Positions 28,813 through 37,059 of a stretch of 64,000 nt of DNA are shown here, piece by piece. How positions within the stretch are numbered: position 1 is the stretch's first letter; every line of letters starts with the position of its first letter. The notes beneath the pieces were generated by a model that ran no database searches, was not told where the DNA came from, and saw only the letters and a program-made list of their open reading frames with translations. This DNA comes from a virus. The translations under genes and the position numbers were made by a program. The stretch spans positions 32,001 to 96,000 of the IMG/VR virus record IMGVR_UViG_3300005366_000002, one strand, 5' to 3'.

Positions 28813-29328
28813 ATGCTGACCCTGAAGCAAGCAATGATCGAAGCCGGACACGTCCTCAGCGAGGGCGAAGGCTTCCTCGTCTCCGAGTTCCAGAAGGTCC
28901 GCGACTTTCTCCACAGCTCGGGCTTCGCCCACATCGGCGACAACTTCCACCTCTACGAGCAGGAAGTGGCGAAGCGCGCTGCCACCGTGAAGACTGTCGT
29001 CGAGGACGACGTCGCAAAGATCGAGGCGGCTGCGAAGAAGGCGGCGGAAGAAGCGGAGGCCGCCAAGGCCAAGGCCGAACAACTGGCGGCGGAAGCCAAG
29101 GCTGCCGAGGAGAAGGCCGTCGAGGAAGCGAAGAAGCTGGAAGCGGAGGCCAAGGCTGCCGCTGAAGCTGCTGCCGCCGAGACGGCGCGTGTCGCCGCGG
29201 AAGCTGCCGCCGCTGCGAACGCCGTCAAGGACGAGGCGACCAAGCTGGCCGGCCCTGCCGCTGAAGACGCCGAAGAAGGTGCGGCGTCCGAAGAAGCCGG
29301 CGACGCCGACCAAGCCCACAAGGAGTAA
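28813..29328 (+). CDS. Ala/Glu/Lys-rich coiled-coil protein
   Basis: low-complexity EAAAK repeats; AAGGA RBS. Confidence 0.65.
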   Translation: MLTLKQAMIEAGHVLSEGEGFLVSEFQKVRDFLHSSGFAHIGDNFHLYEQEVAKRAATVKTVVEDDVAKIEAAAKKAAEEAEAAKAKAEQLAAEAKAAEEKAVEEAKKLEAEAKAAAEAAAAETARVAAEAAAAANAVKDEATKLAGPAAEDAEEGAASEEAGDADQAHKE

Positions 29329-29331
29329 ACG

Positions 29332-29751
29332 ATGGCCCGAATCATTGGCAACGCCGGTCCCGGCATGAACCCGACGCGCACTGGTTCGGGTATCGACAAG
29401 CGCCGTTCCCCGTTCGCCCGCATCACGATCATCGCTGACGAAGACGGCGACGTCTTCCGTCTCCCGTCGTCCGATCTGTTCCCGAAGTTCGCCCAGGTCT
29501 ACCAGGGCATCTTCGTGCAAGGCCAAGGGCTGACTGGTGGCACGGTCCAGGTGGACGCGACGCTGGTTCCCGCTGACCAGGCGCTGAACCCTGCGCAGGA
29601 CACGCCGGAGACCGGCGAGCAGTCCATCTGGCACGCGGACACCACGGTGGCCGTCGGCAACGCGATCTCCAAGCTGAGCTGCCCGTGCCCCTCGGCTCTT
29701 CGCATCACGTTCGCCAAGAAGGGCACGCTGCTCCACCTGGTGGGAGTCTGA
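29332..29751 (+). CDS. putative virion structural protein
   Basis: AAGGAG RBS; beta-rich; between coiled-coil gene and protease. Confidence 0.55.
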   Translation: MARIIGNAGPGMNPTRTGSGIDKRRSPFARITIIADEDGDVFRLPSSDLFPKFAQVYQGIFVQGQGLTGGTVQVDATLVPADQALNPAQDTPETGEQSIWHADTTVAVGNAISKLSCPCPSALRITFAKKGTLLHLVGV

Positions 29752-29752
29752 C

Positions 29753-30520
29753 ATGGGCTTTCCTCGACAATACTTCGACTCCGAAGAGCGAGCACGACTG
29801 CTGACGGCGGCTCAGCTCATCAAGGGCGTCGGCATTTCCCAGGAGCCTGCGGTCGATCTGGAGCACGCTCCCGAGATCATCAGCCGTCTCGACTTCGAGA
29901 CGTGGCTCCCGTTCGCGGCGAAGACGTACCACATCAGCCCGCGCATCGAGGACTACATCCTCAAGGCGATGCCGATCTGCCCGTCGGACTTCCCGAACCG
30001 CAACGGCATCGGGTTCCCGCTCGCCGAGCTGATCAAGTTCCAACCGCCGCCGATCAATCGACAGGTCTTCAAGGCCTGGACTGGCTGCCCGGTGCATCTG
30101 GAGCATGACAACGAGGACTGCACCAAAGCCTACGGTGTGATCTTCGACACGGCGCTGACGGCGATCTCCAAGTACGGCCAGGGCAAGCACTACAAGGTCA
30201 TGGGCCTCGTCGGGATCGACAAGACCAAGTACCCGGACATCGCGCAGGAGGTGATGGAGGGCAAGATCATCACCGGCTCCATGGGAGCGATGGCTGACGC
30301 GTTCACCTGTTCCGTCTGCGGCCGTGAAGCCCACGAGAACAAGTTCATGAACTGCGGCCACGTGGGCTCCACCAAGGAGGTCAACTGGCGGTACGTGGAC
30401 TACCAGGGCAAGCGCCACATCGCGTACCTCAACGCGCACGGCCTCTCGCCGATCGAGTACTCCCTGGTTCGCGACCCTGCGTGGGTCACGGCCCTGTCTG
30501 ACCACCAGATGAGCTGGTGA
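29753..30520 (+). CDS. putative prohead (capsid maturation) protease with Zn ribbon
   Basis: NRNGIGF..EL, PVHLEHD, TGSMG, CSVCG...CGH, EYSLVRDPA (HK97/assemblin-like pattern); upstream of scaffold and MCP. Confidence 0.7.
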   Translation: MGFPRQYFDSEERARLLTAAQLIKGVGISQEPAVDLEHAPEIISRLDFETWLPFAAKTYHISPRIEDYILKAMPICPSDFPNRNGIGFPLAELIKFQPPPINRQVFKAWTGCPVHLEHDNEDCTKAYGVIFDTALTAISKYGQGKHYKVMGLVGIDKTKYPDIAQEVMEGKIITGSMGAMADAFTCSVCGREAHENKFMNCGHVGSTKEVNWRYVDYQGKRHIAYLNAHGLSPIEYSLVRDPAWVTALSDHQMSW

Positions 30521-30561
30521 CCTGAACTCAACGACCATCATCGACCATCATCGAGGAACTC

Positions 30562-30744
30562 ATGAAGAACCCGTACATCCGCAAGCTCGACCTGCAGGCG
30601 AAGTCGCGTCTGCAAGCCAGCACCAGTCTCCACGGAGACGACTACACGTCCGTGCCCAACGCCGAGAAGAACAGCGTCGGGCAGAAGCTGAACAACGGGG
30701 GCTCGGAAGCCCAGAAGGTCCAGCTGGCGTCCAAGAAGAAGTAA
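30562..30744 (+). CDS. small protein with LQAxxRLxA tag
   Basis: MKNPYIRKLDLQAKSRLQAS; GAGGA RBS. Confidence 0.65.
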   Translation: MKNPYIRKLDLQAKSRLQASTSLHGDDYTSVPNAEKNSVGQKLNNGGSEAQKVQLASKKK

Positions 30745-30805
30745 CTCGACGAGCACCTTCAAGGGGCACGGAGGGAGGGACGTGCTTCACACTTGGTAGA
30801 AACCA

Positions 30806-31213
30806 ATGGGTACGACGCACTTGCAGAGGATCAGTGTCTCGCAGCGTGCGTACATCGCGATCGTGGTCGCGATGATGGACGGTCGTATGAAGCTGGACCA
30901 AGGACCAGCTTCTACCGTCGCGCGCTACCTGCGGGCTCACAGGCCGCCCGAAGGGGTCCTGTGTCTGGTGGGAGAGTCTTTCAACGATCCGTTGCCCTTG
31001 CACTGCTTCTTGACCCACGTAGATGGGCGGAGGCTTGCCGACGCGAACAGAGTCTGCCGCATCCGCGGCCGGTTCTATGATTGGAAAGACAAAACAGGGA
31101 AGGCGATGAGCGGAGTGATCACGACGAGGATCCACGTTCACGTGCTCTACGGAGGTCCTATGATCTCCGCTGCGGCACTCCGACAACGGAGGGCCACCGA
31201 CTTACGAACTTGA
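30806..31213 (+). CDS. hypothetical protein with atypical codon usage
   Basis: only sizeable ORF here; weak RBS. Confidence 0.4.
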   Translation: MGTTHLQRISVSQRAYIAIVVAMMDGRMKLDQGPASTVARYLRAHRPPEGVLCLVGESFNDPLPLHCFLTHVDGRRLADANRVCRIRGRFYDWKDKTGKAMSGVITTRIHVHVLYGGPMISAAALRQRRATDLRT

Positions 31214-31229
31214 GACACTGGAGTGGTCA

Positions 31230-31715
31230 ATGCTCAAGGCGCTGAAGAACTTTCCGAAGACGTTGGTTGTTCCGGGGATCGCGCTGTTCGTAGGCGCGGT
31301 CACTGACATGGCGATCAAGCCGGTGGGTCTTCCACCAGGCATGACGTTCTACGACCAGTCTGGTCTCCACGGATGGGGCGTGCTGCGCCTGATCTGCTTC
31401 GTCTGGATTGCCTTGTCCCTGGTGATCCTGGCAACGATCACGCAACGCGACGCCGGCGAACGACGGAACGAGGCGTTGAAGAAGCGAGGCTTCGTCCTCG
31501 CCAGCTTCTACTCCACGTTCGGTTGGTGGTGCTTCACCTTCAGCGGAGTGCTACTCCTCGGAGGTGATTGGAATGTCTACTCGTGGATCTTCGGGTTCGC
31601 GTGTTGCTTCACCGCTGTTCGTGCAGTTCTGATCTCCCTGCTCACCGCGTCGGAGATCTTGAAGCTGGAACGTCGCTGGCGCGCCATGCAAGACGAGTAC
31701 GTTCTGCGGGAGTAG
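31230..31715 (+). CDS. membrane protein (about 4 TM helices)
   Basis: four hydrophobic stretches; GGAG RBS. Confidence 0.6.
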   Translation: MLKALKNFPKTLVVPGIALFVGAVTDMAIKPVGLPPGMTFYDQSGLHGWGVLRLICFVWIALSLVILATITQRDAGERRNEALKKRGFVLASFYSTFGWWCFTFSGVLLLGGDWNVYSWIFGFACCFTAVRAVLISLLTASEILKLERRWRAMQDEYVLRE

Positions 31716-31745
31716 CGCTCTGCAGATGACCACAAGATGACAACG

Positions 31746-31778
31746 AAGCCGCACACCGGAAACGGGTGCGGCTTTTTT
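31746..31778 (+). terminator. Rho-independent terminator
   Basis: AAGCCGCAC...GTGCGGCTT followed by a T-run. Confidence 0.85.
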
Positions 31779-31830
31779 CTTGGCCTGACAAACTGGTCGA
31801 CCTGCCAAATCAGCCAAGAGTTGCGGGATG

Positions 31831-31839
31831 CAATTTTAG
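31831..31839 (+). promoter_or_regulatory. putative late promoter motif CAATTTTAG (variant)
   Basis: upstream of the scaffold-decoration-MCP operon. Confidence 0.55.
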
Positions 31840-31938
31840 TCTGCGGGCGAACAGCCTGATTTCTAGCTGAGAAGGTTAGGCCCTGTGGACTAGTACACAG
31901 AGCCTAGCCGACTCGTTCATTCAACACAAGGAGTGCTC

Positions 31939-33435
31939 ATGACCAAGACAGTCCGAGCCGCTTCCACCACGATGACGCATGACGGCAACGACCTCAAGCT
32001 GAAGGTGGAGCAGGGCGACCAGGATCTGGAGAACTCGCAGAAGTCGATGATGCTCATCGACCCTGACGAGCTCGAAAGCGGCTTCACGCATTCGACGGAG
32101 ACCCCCAAGATGCCGGGTGACAAGAAGGCGCCGACGACGGCTGCCGTCAAGAAGGTGGAGGCCACGGCCGCCAAGCCGGCACCGAAGGCCCCCGTGAAGG
32201 CCAACGGCGCACCCGCGCAAGACCTGGTGGACAAGGAAGTGCCGAAGGGCGCTCCCGACGGCACCGTCGAGCTCGCGGAGCTGCCGAACGAGGAAGATCC
32301 CTCGGCCGGCTACCTCGAGAAGGAAGCGGGCATGCCCGTCCTGAACAACGCGTCGGTCGACGACAGCGAGTTCCACGACGAAGGCGAGAACGACATCGAC
32401 AGCGCCAACGAGTTCGACGATCTGCCGAACATGACGGCCGCGCCGATGATGGACGAAGGCCTGGACGGCGAGTTCGAGGACCTGGGCACCGGTGAGCCGG
32501 TCGCCGACGAGAACGCGGTGGAAGCCGAAGGCATGGCCGGTACGCCGAACATGGCGCCGGCTGCCGAGTGCGCGGACTTCGCGTCCCCGGAATCGACCGC
32601 CGAGGAAATGCCGCTGCTGGACGTCGACGGCGTGCCGGACGACGAAGGCACCGACGACCTCGCGTTCGCCTGCGTGGCCGGCAACGTGCTGGTCCTCCGC
32701 AAGGACCGCGTGATCGCTTCGATGGGCCCCAAGCAGGCCAAGAAGATCGGCGCTGCCGACGTCTACGACGGCGAGCAGTACCAGGCCGTGACGGCGCACG
32801 CGATCGAGCAGAAGGGCCTCCGCAAGGGCCTGGTGCAGCAAGGCTTCGTCCTGTCCAAGGTCAAGATGACGGCCAGCGCGGCGACCGCCAAGGTCGTGGC
32901 CGCCAAGGTGGAAGCGGGCCTCAAGGCACGTCACGAGCAGCTCGCTGCCCGCGACAAGGCCCTGGAGCACTCCATCGCGATCGCCTCCGTCGGCATCAAC
33001 AAGCGCTTCTTCAAGGACGCGGAGAACCCGCTGAAGGACGCCCTGATCGCCGAGCTGAAGACCGCCGGCGTCCGTGGCGCCGAGAAGCTGGTCGCCAACG
33101 CGTTCGCCGAGCACGGCCCGGGCTACGCCAAGTCGATCATGACGCTGGCCAACCGCATCGTCGCTGCTCCGGAAGAAGTGCGCAACCAGTACGCTGACGC
33201 GCTGGACATGACGTCCGACGAGGACTTCATGGACGACGAGCCGGCGATGGAAGTCGAGGGCGGCGAAGGCTGCATCGACGGCGAAGACGAGTTCGAGGAC
33301 CTGGGCCACGGCGCGACCGTGACCGCTGCCCTCAGCGCTCCGTCGATTCGCAAGTACCCGGGCGCGCTGCTCGCCGGCATGAAGGACGCCGGCTCGCATG
33401 CCCTGCTCTTCGGCGACACCCCGCTCGTGGGCTGA
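31939..33435 (+). CDS. putative prohead scaffold/core protein
   Basis: very acidic, low-complexity N-half; many [VIL]-x-A sites; two genes before MCP; AAGGAG RBS. Confidence 0.6.
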   Translation: MTKTVRAASTTMTHDGNDLKLKVEQGDQDLENSQKSMMLIDPDELESGFTHSTETPKMPGDKKAPTTAAVKKVEATAAKPAPKAPVKANGAPAQDLVDKEVPKGAPDGTVELAELPNEEDPSAGYLEKEAGMPVLNNASVDDSEFHDEGENDIDSANEFDDLPNMTAAPMMDEGLDGEFEDLGTGEPVADENAVEAEGMAGTPNMAPAAECADFASPESTAEEMPLLDVDGVPDDEGTDDLAFACVAGNVLVLRKDRVIASMGPKQAKKIGAADVYDGEQYQAVTAHAIEQKGLRKGLVQQGFVLSKVKMTASAATAKVVAAKVEAGLKARHEQLAARDKALEHSIAIASVGINKRFFKDAENPLKDALIAELKTAGVRGAEKLVANAFAEHGPGYAKSIMTLANRIVAAPEEVRNQYADALDMTSDEDFMDDEPAMEVEGGEGCIDGEDEFEDLGHGATVTAALSAPSIRKYPGALLAGMKDAGSHALLFGDTPLVG

Positions 33436-33477
33436 TCGCAACCTCCCTCACCATCCGTTTCCCAACAGGAGATACAC

Positions 33478-34164
33478 ATGCTGTACCTGCCCCTCACGAA
33501 GATCGTCGACAGCGCCGAAGTGAACGTCGCCGCCGGTTCTTCCATCACCGCCGAAGGCCAAGCGCTGGTCCGCGCCGCCGGTGCCACCGCCTCGGGCGTG
33601 ACCCCGTCGCAAGGCACCGCGGGCGAGATCTTCGTCGGCTTCTCGTTCGCCGGCCTGTCGGCCGCGCCGCTGCCCATCAGCTTCGCGTCCAAGGTCGAGC
33701 AGTTCGTCGTGCCGTCGTCCGGCACCATCCAGCTGGCCTTCACCCCGCAGAGCGGCCAGGTCTACGTCTACGACATCACCTCCGGCGCCGGCGTGCCGAT
33801 CACCGGTGGCGTGACGCTCGTGGGCAACGCGATCAACGGCCTCACCGCCGGCGACAGCGTCCGCGTGACCTACCACTACGCCCTGTCGGTCGTGCAGGCC
33901 CGTGCCCTCCAGGGTGACGTGCAGCCCGGCGGCTACTCCGGCGCCTACGTCGGCCAGGTCGGCGCGATCAAGCGCGGCACGGTCTACACCGACTGCTTCG
34001 ACGCGTCCAAGGACTGGTCGAACGTCGCCAAGGACGGCATCCTGCTGCAAGCGGGCGGCTACCTGACGACCTCCGGTTCCGGCGTGGCCCTGACCGGCGC
34101 CTACGTCGTCGCCATCCCGACCCAGGAAGTTCCGTTCCTGGGCCTCGAGTTCAGCGCCGTCTAA
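33478..34164 (+). CDS. putative head decoration/stabilisation protein
   Basis: G/S/T/V-rich; directly upstream of MCP; extreme codon bias. Confidence 0.55.
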   Translation: MLYLPLTKIVDSAEVNVAAGSSITAEGQALVRAAGATASGVTPSQGTAGEIFVGFSFAGLSAAPLPISFASKVEQFVVPSSGTIQLAFTPQSGQVYVYDITSGAGVPITGGVTLVGNAINGLTAGDSVRVTYHYALSVVQARALQGDVQPGGYSGAYVGQVGAIKRGTVYTDCFDASKDWSNVAKDGILLQAGGYLTTSGSGVALTGAYVVAIPTQEVPFLGLEFSAV

Positions 34165-34203
34165 GCGTAGACGTCGACCACCCAACCACCTAGGAGCATC
34201 AAC

Positions 34204-35274
34204 ATGCAAAAGGCAACTCTCCGTGCCGCCAAGAACCCCGTCGTGCTGGCCACGGAGCTGAAGCTCGCCGGTTCCGACGAGTACGCGATCGGCCGCTTCG
34301 GTTCCGGCAAGGGCGAACTGAACGCGTCCAACAAGAAGGACCTGCTGGCCCAGCAGCAGAAGTTCCTGCAGGCCGCGTCGCAGGGCAACATGCTGGCGAT
34401 CACGGCGGCCCAGTCCAAGGACATGGTGCACGCCGCGTTCAACAGCCCGGAAGCCCACCGCGTCCTCGGCGAGAAGATCAGCGAGTCGCTGTACATCACC
34501 GCGAACCGCCAGGGCTTCATGCGCAAGTACCTCGCGAAGATCGACGTCCAGCAAGGCTCGATCCCGCGCTTCCCGCTGCGCACCAAGAACGTGACCGCCG
34601 TCTGGTCGACCTCGCCGACCAAGGTCGAGTCGCAGATCACCCGCGACAAGTGGTTCACGCCGCCCGAACTGTCGGTCGTGGCCCGCCCGTTCATCACGCA
34701 GATCGACCTGCACCAGTCGAGCGGCGACCTCCTGCAGGAGAAGTACATCGAGGCCGTCGAGGCCACGATGGTCGCCGAAGATCGCCTGTACTACAACCAG
34801 CTGCAAGCGCTGGTGGGCGTCGACAACAACCTGACCATCGTGTCGGGCCAGCTGACGCCGTACTCGCTGATGACGGTCGTCACGAACGTCACCCGCTGGG
34901 GCCTGAAGGGCGCGCACCTGCTGATGGCGACGGACCTGTGGCAGGACGTGGTCGGCAACTCCGACTTCTTCACCGCCATCGACCCGGTGGCCCGCCACGA
35001 ACTGCTGCTGACCGGCGAGCTGGGCACGATGTACGGCATGACCGTCACGTCGGACGCCTTCCGTCACCCGGAGCACAAGGTCCTGGGCCAGGGCGAGTTC
35101 TACGTGATCTCGGACGCGCTGAACCACGGCGCGTACTCGGATCGCGGCGGCCTCCAGTCGACCCCGATCGACATCTCGATGGAGAAGGTGCCGGGCCGCG
35201 GCTTCGTCGTGCACGAAGCGCTGGCCGTGTCGGTGGCGAACAGCCGCTCCTTCGCCAAGGGCTACCGCCTGTAA
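34204..35274 (+). CDS. major capsid protein (HK97 fold)
   Basis: 356 aa; strongest codon bias; order protease-scaffold-decoration-MCP; GELGTMYGMTVTSD segment. Confidence 0.8.
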   Translation: MQKATLRAAKNPVVLATELKLAGSDEYAIGRFGSGKGELNASNKKDLLAQQQKFLQAASQGNMLAITAAQSKDMVHAAFNSPEAHRVLGEKISESLYITANRQGFMRKYLAKIDVQQGSIPRFPLRTKNVTAVWSTSPTKVESQITRDKWFTPPELSVVARPFITQIDLHQSSGDLLQEKYIEAVEATMVAEDRLYYNQLQALVGVDNNLTIVSGQLTPYSLMTVVTNVTRWGLKGAHLLMATDLWQDVVGNSDFFTAIDPVARHELLLTGELGTMYGMTVTSDAFRHPEHKVLGQGEFYVISDALNHGAYSDRGGLQSTPIDISMEKVPGRGFVVHEALAVSVANSRSFAKGYRL

Positions 35275-35282
35275 GCGGATGC

Positions 35283-35329
35283 GGCTGGGGAGGGATGTCT
35301 AGCCGTCTAAACTAGCTCCCTCCTCAGTC
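35283..35329 (+). other. long stem-loop after MCP (attenuator or mRNA stabiliser)
   Basis: GGCTGGGGAGGGA...TCCCTCCTCAGTC imperfect inverted repeat. Confidence 0.5.
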
Positions 35330-35373
35330 GGTCCACTCATCAGGCCTCAACCCTCAGCTCCAAGGAGATCGAC

Positions 35374-35910
35374 ATGAAGTACAACGCATCGCTCGACGTG
35401 CTGGCGATGGCACTGCACGAGCTGGTCAAGGCCAACACCGGCAAGGCGAAGGACGCGGGCAAGGCTCGCACCCTGGCCGCTCGCCTCCTGGCGAAGGCTG
35501 CTGCCATGCCCGACGCGGAAGCCGCCATCGACATCATCGAGGCGTCCAACCGCCAGGCGCACGCCCAGCTGATGGCTTCCCGCAAGGAAGCCGAGAAGGT
35601 GGCCGCTGCCGCCAAGAAGGAAGGCGACGACAAGCCCGCCGCGTCCAAGACGACCGCTGCCGCCAAGCGCGTGCAGGCCGCCGAGGACATGGACGGCGCC
35701 GGCGAGTTCCCGATGGAAGGCGAAGGCGACGGTGACGGCGGCGAGGCCGTGATCGAAGCCGACGAGTTCGACGGCGACCCCGTGCTCGAAGTCGAAGACG
35801 AGGAAGAAGTCCCGGCCCCGGTCGAGGAAGTCATCCCCGCCAAGACGATGGCCGGCGTGCTGGCGCGCCTGGCTGCCAAGGCCGACAAGCCGAAGGCCGC
35901 GACGAAGTAA
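35374..35910 (+). CDS. Ala-rich/acidic hypothetical virion-associated protein
   Basis: AAGGAG RBS; VQAA and IEAD sites. Confidence 0.65.
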   Translation: MKYNASLDVLAMALHELVKANTGKAKDAGKARTLAARLLAKAAAMPDAEAAIDIIEASNRQAHAQLMASRKEAEKVAAAAKKEGDDKPAASKTTAAAKRVQAAEDMDGAGEFPMEGEGDGDGGEAVIEADEFDGDPVLEVEDEEEVPAPVEEVIPAKTMAGVLARLAAKADKPKAATK

Positions 35911-35935
35911 TTCGTCACCGCACCCTACCGGTGCT

Positions 35936-35962
35936 AGAAAGGGAGCTCCGTGCTCCCTTTCT
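35936..35962 (+). terminator. Rho-independent terminator
   Basis: AGAAAGGGAGC-TCCGT-GCTCCCTTTCT perfect 11-bp stem. Confidence 0.75.
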
Positions 35963-35996
35963 CCGTAATGGGACTCTGAAAAGCAGTCCCGTTCAC

Positions 35997-36005
35997 CAAT
36001 TTTAT
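35997..36005 (+). promoter_or_regulatory. putative late promoter motif CAATTTTAT
   Basis: upstream of the tail operon. Confidence 0.6.
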
Positions 36006-36016
36006 GGGGAACTGCC

Positions 36017-36673
36017 ATGACACAAGAGGCTGCACAGCAGTCGATCGAGCCGGTCGATGACCTTGTGCGGGCTGGGTTCATCCAGGAGTTGATGCGGCAG
36101 TTTCGGACGCGCAGTGTGTTCGTGACCAGCCCGGACATGACGGAGAACGTGAAGAAGATGTTCGGCAATAAGCAGCCGTCCTATCCGTACATGTTCGCCC
36201 TGATCACCAACACCTCGCCGAACCCGGACTCCTACAACTCGCGTCGCCTGTCGAGCCAGGGCGTACCTGTCACCATGAACCGTGACGGCAAGCAGTTCCA
36301 GGCTGCGCGGATCATCCCGGTGAACTTCGACGTGGAGCTCACGTTCATCACCAACAACTACGATGGGATGGACGTTCAAACGGTCAACGGTTTCATCCGC
36401 CGGTGGCATCTGAGTCGCCGGACCAACGCGCTCAACTTCGAGATCGAGTACGGCCTGCTTCGGCTGACCGTCGGCTCTACCCTCTCCGAGTCCCTGGCGG
36501 TTCCCAAGCGGGACAGCCCTGCTGACACGGAGTCGGTGTACCCCGTGATCGCCAACCTGACGATCCACGGCTTCGTCAGCGAACCGGCCTTGCTCACGCG
36601 TGGCCGGATCAACCAGGTCGTGCTCGCCGAGGACATCGCTGTCCCTCCAGGCGGGCAGTTCTTCCCCTTCTGA
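36017..36673 (+). CDS. putative tail terminator/completion protein
   Basis: position before sheath; PVNFDVELTF...ANLTIHGF beta pattern. Confidence 0.45.
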   Translation: MTQEAAQQSIEPVDDLVRAGFIQELMRQFRTRSVFVTSPDMTENVKKMFGNKQPSYPYMFALITNTSPNPDSYNSRRLSSQGVPVTMNRDGKQFQAARIIPVNFDVELTFITNNYDGMDVQTVNGFIRRWHLSRRTNALNFEIEYGLLRLTVGSTLSESLAVPKRDSPADTESVYPVIANLTIHGFVSEPALLTRGRINQVVLAEDIAVPPGGQFFPF

Positions 36674-36691
36674 CCAGACAACGAGGATCAC

Positions 36692-37006
36692 ATGGACGTG
36701 CTGAACATGAATGCGCACCAAGTCAGCGTGCGCTGCAAGGGCCCTGCGGGCATCAAGGACTACGTCACGGTCGCTCCGAAGCGTCGGGTCACCCTGCCCG
36801 AAGGCTACGCGGTCGACAACAACTGGCTGGCCCAGGCGGAGAACGTCTCCGTGTTCGCCGACAAGACTGCGAAGTCGCCGATCGTGCTCCAGGCCTCGTC
36901 CGAGGTCGCGATCGCACCGGCGTCCACCCAGTCCGCACCGGCGCCGACGGCTACCAAGATTTCGGCGAGCGCTCCTGCCGCCCCTGCGCCTTCGCCGGCC
37001 GCCTGA
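36692..37006 (+). CDS. small hypothetical protein with Ala/Pro-rich tail
   Basis: GAGGA RBS; directly before sheath. Confidence 0.6.
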   Translation: MDVLNMNAHQVSVRCKGPAGIKDYVTVAPKRRVTLPEGYAVDNNWLAQAENVSVFADKTAKSPIVLQASSEVAIAPASTQSAPAPTATKISASAPAAPAPSPAA

Positions 37007-37059
37007 ACGAAGAGCCGCTGAGCTACTGACATCCACCCTCCACCATAGGGCAGAATGAC

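Noticed and set aside
28960-29260. Repetitive GCC/GAG/AAG DNA resembling a repeat array
   Set aside because: Explained by an Ala/Glu/Lys-rich coiled-coil coding sequence; no fixed repeat-spacer structure.
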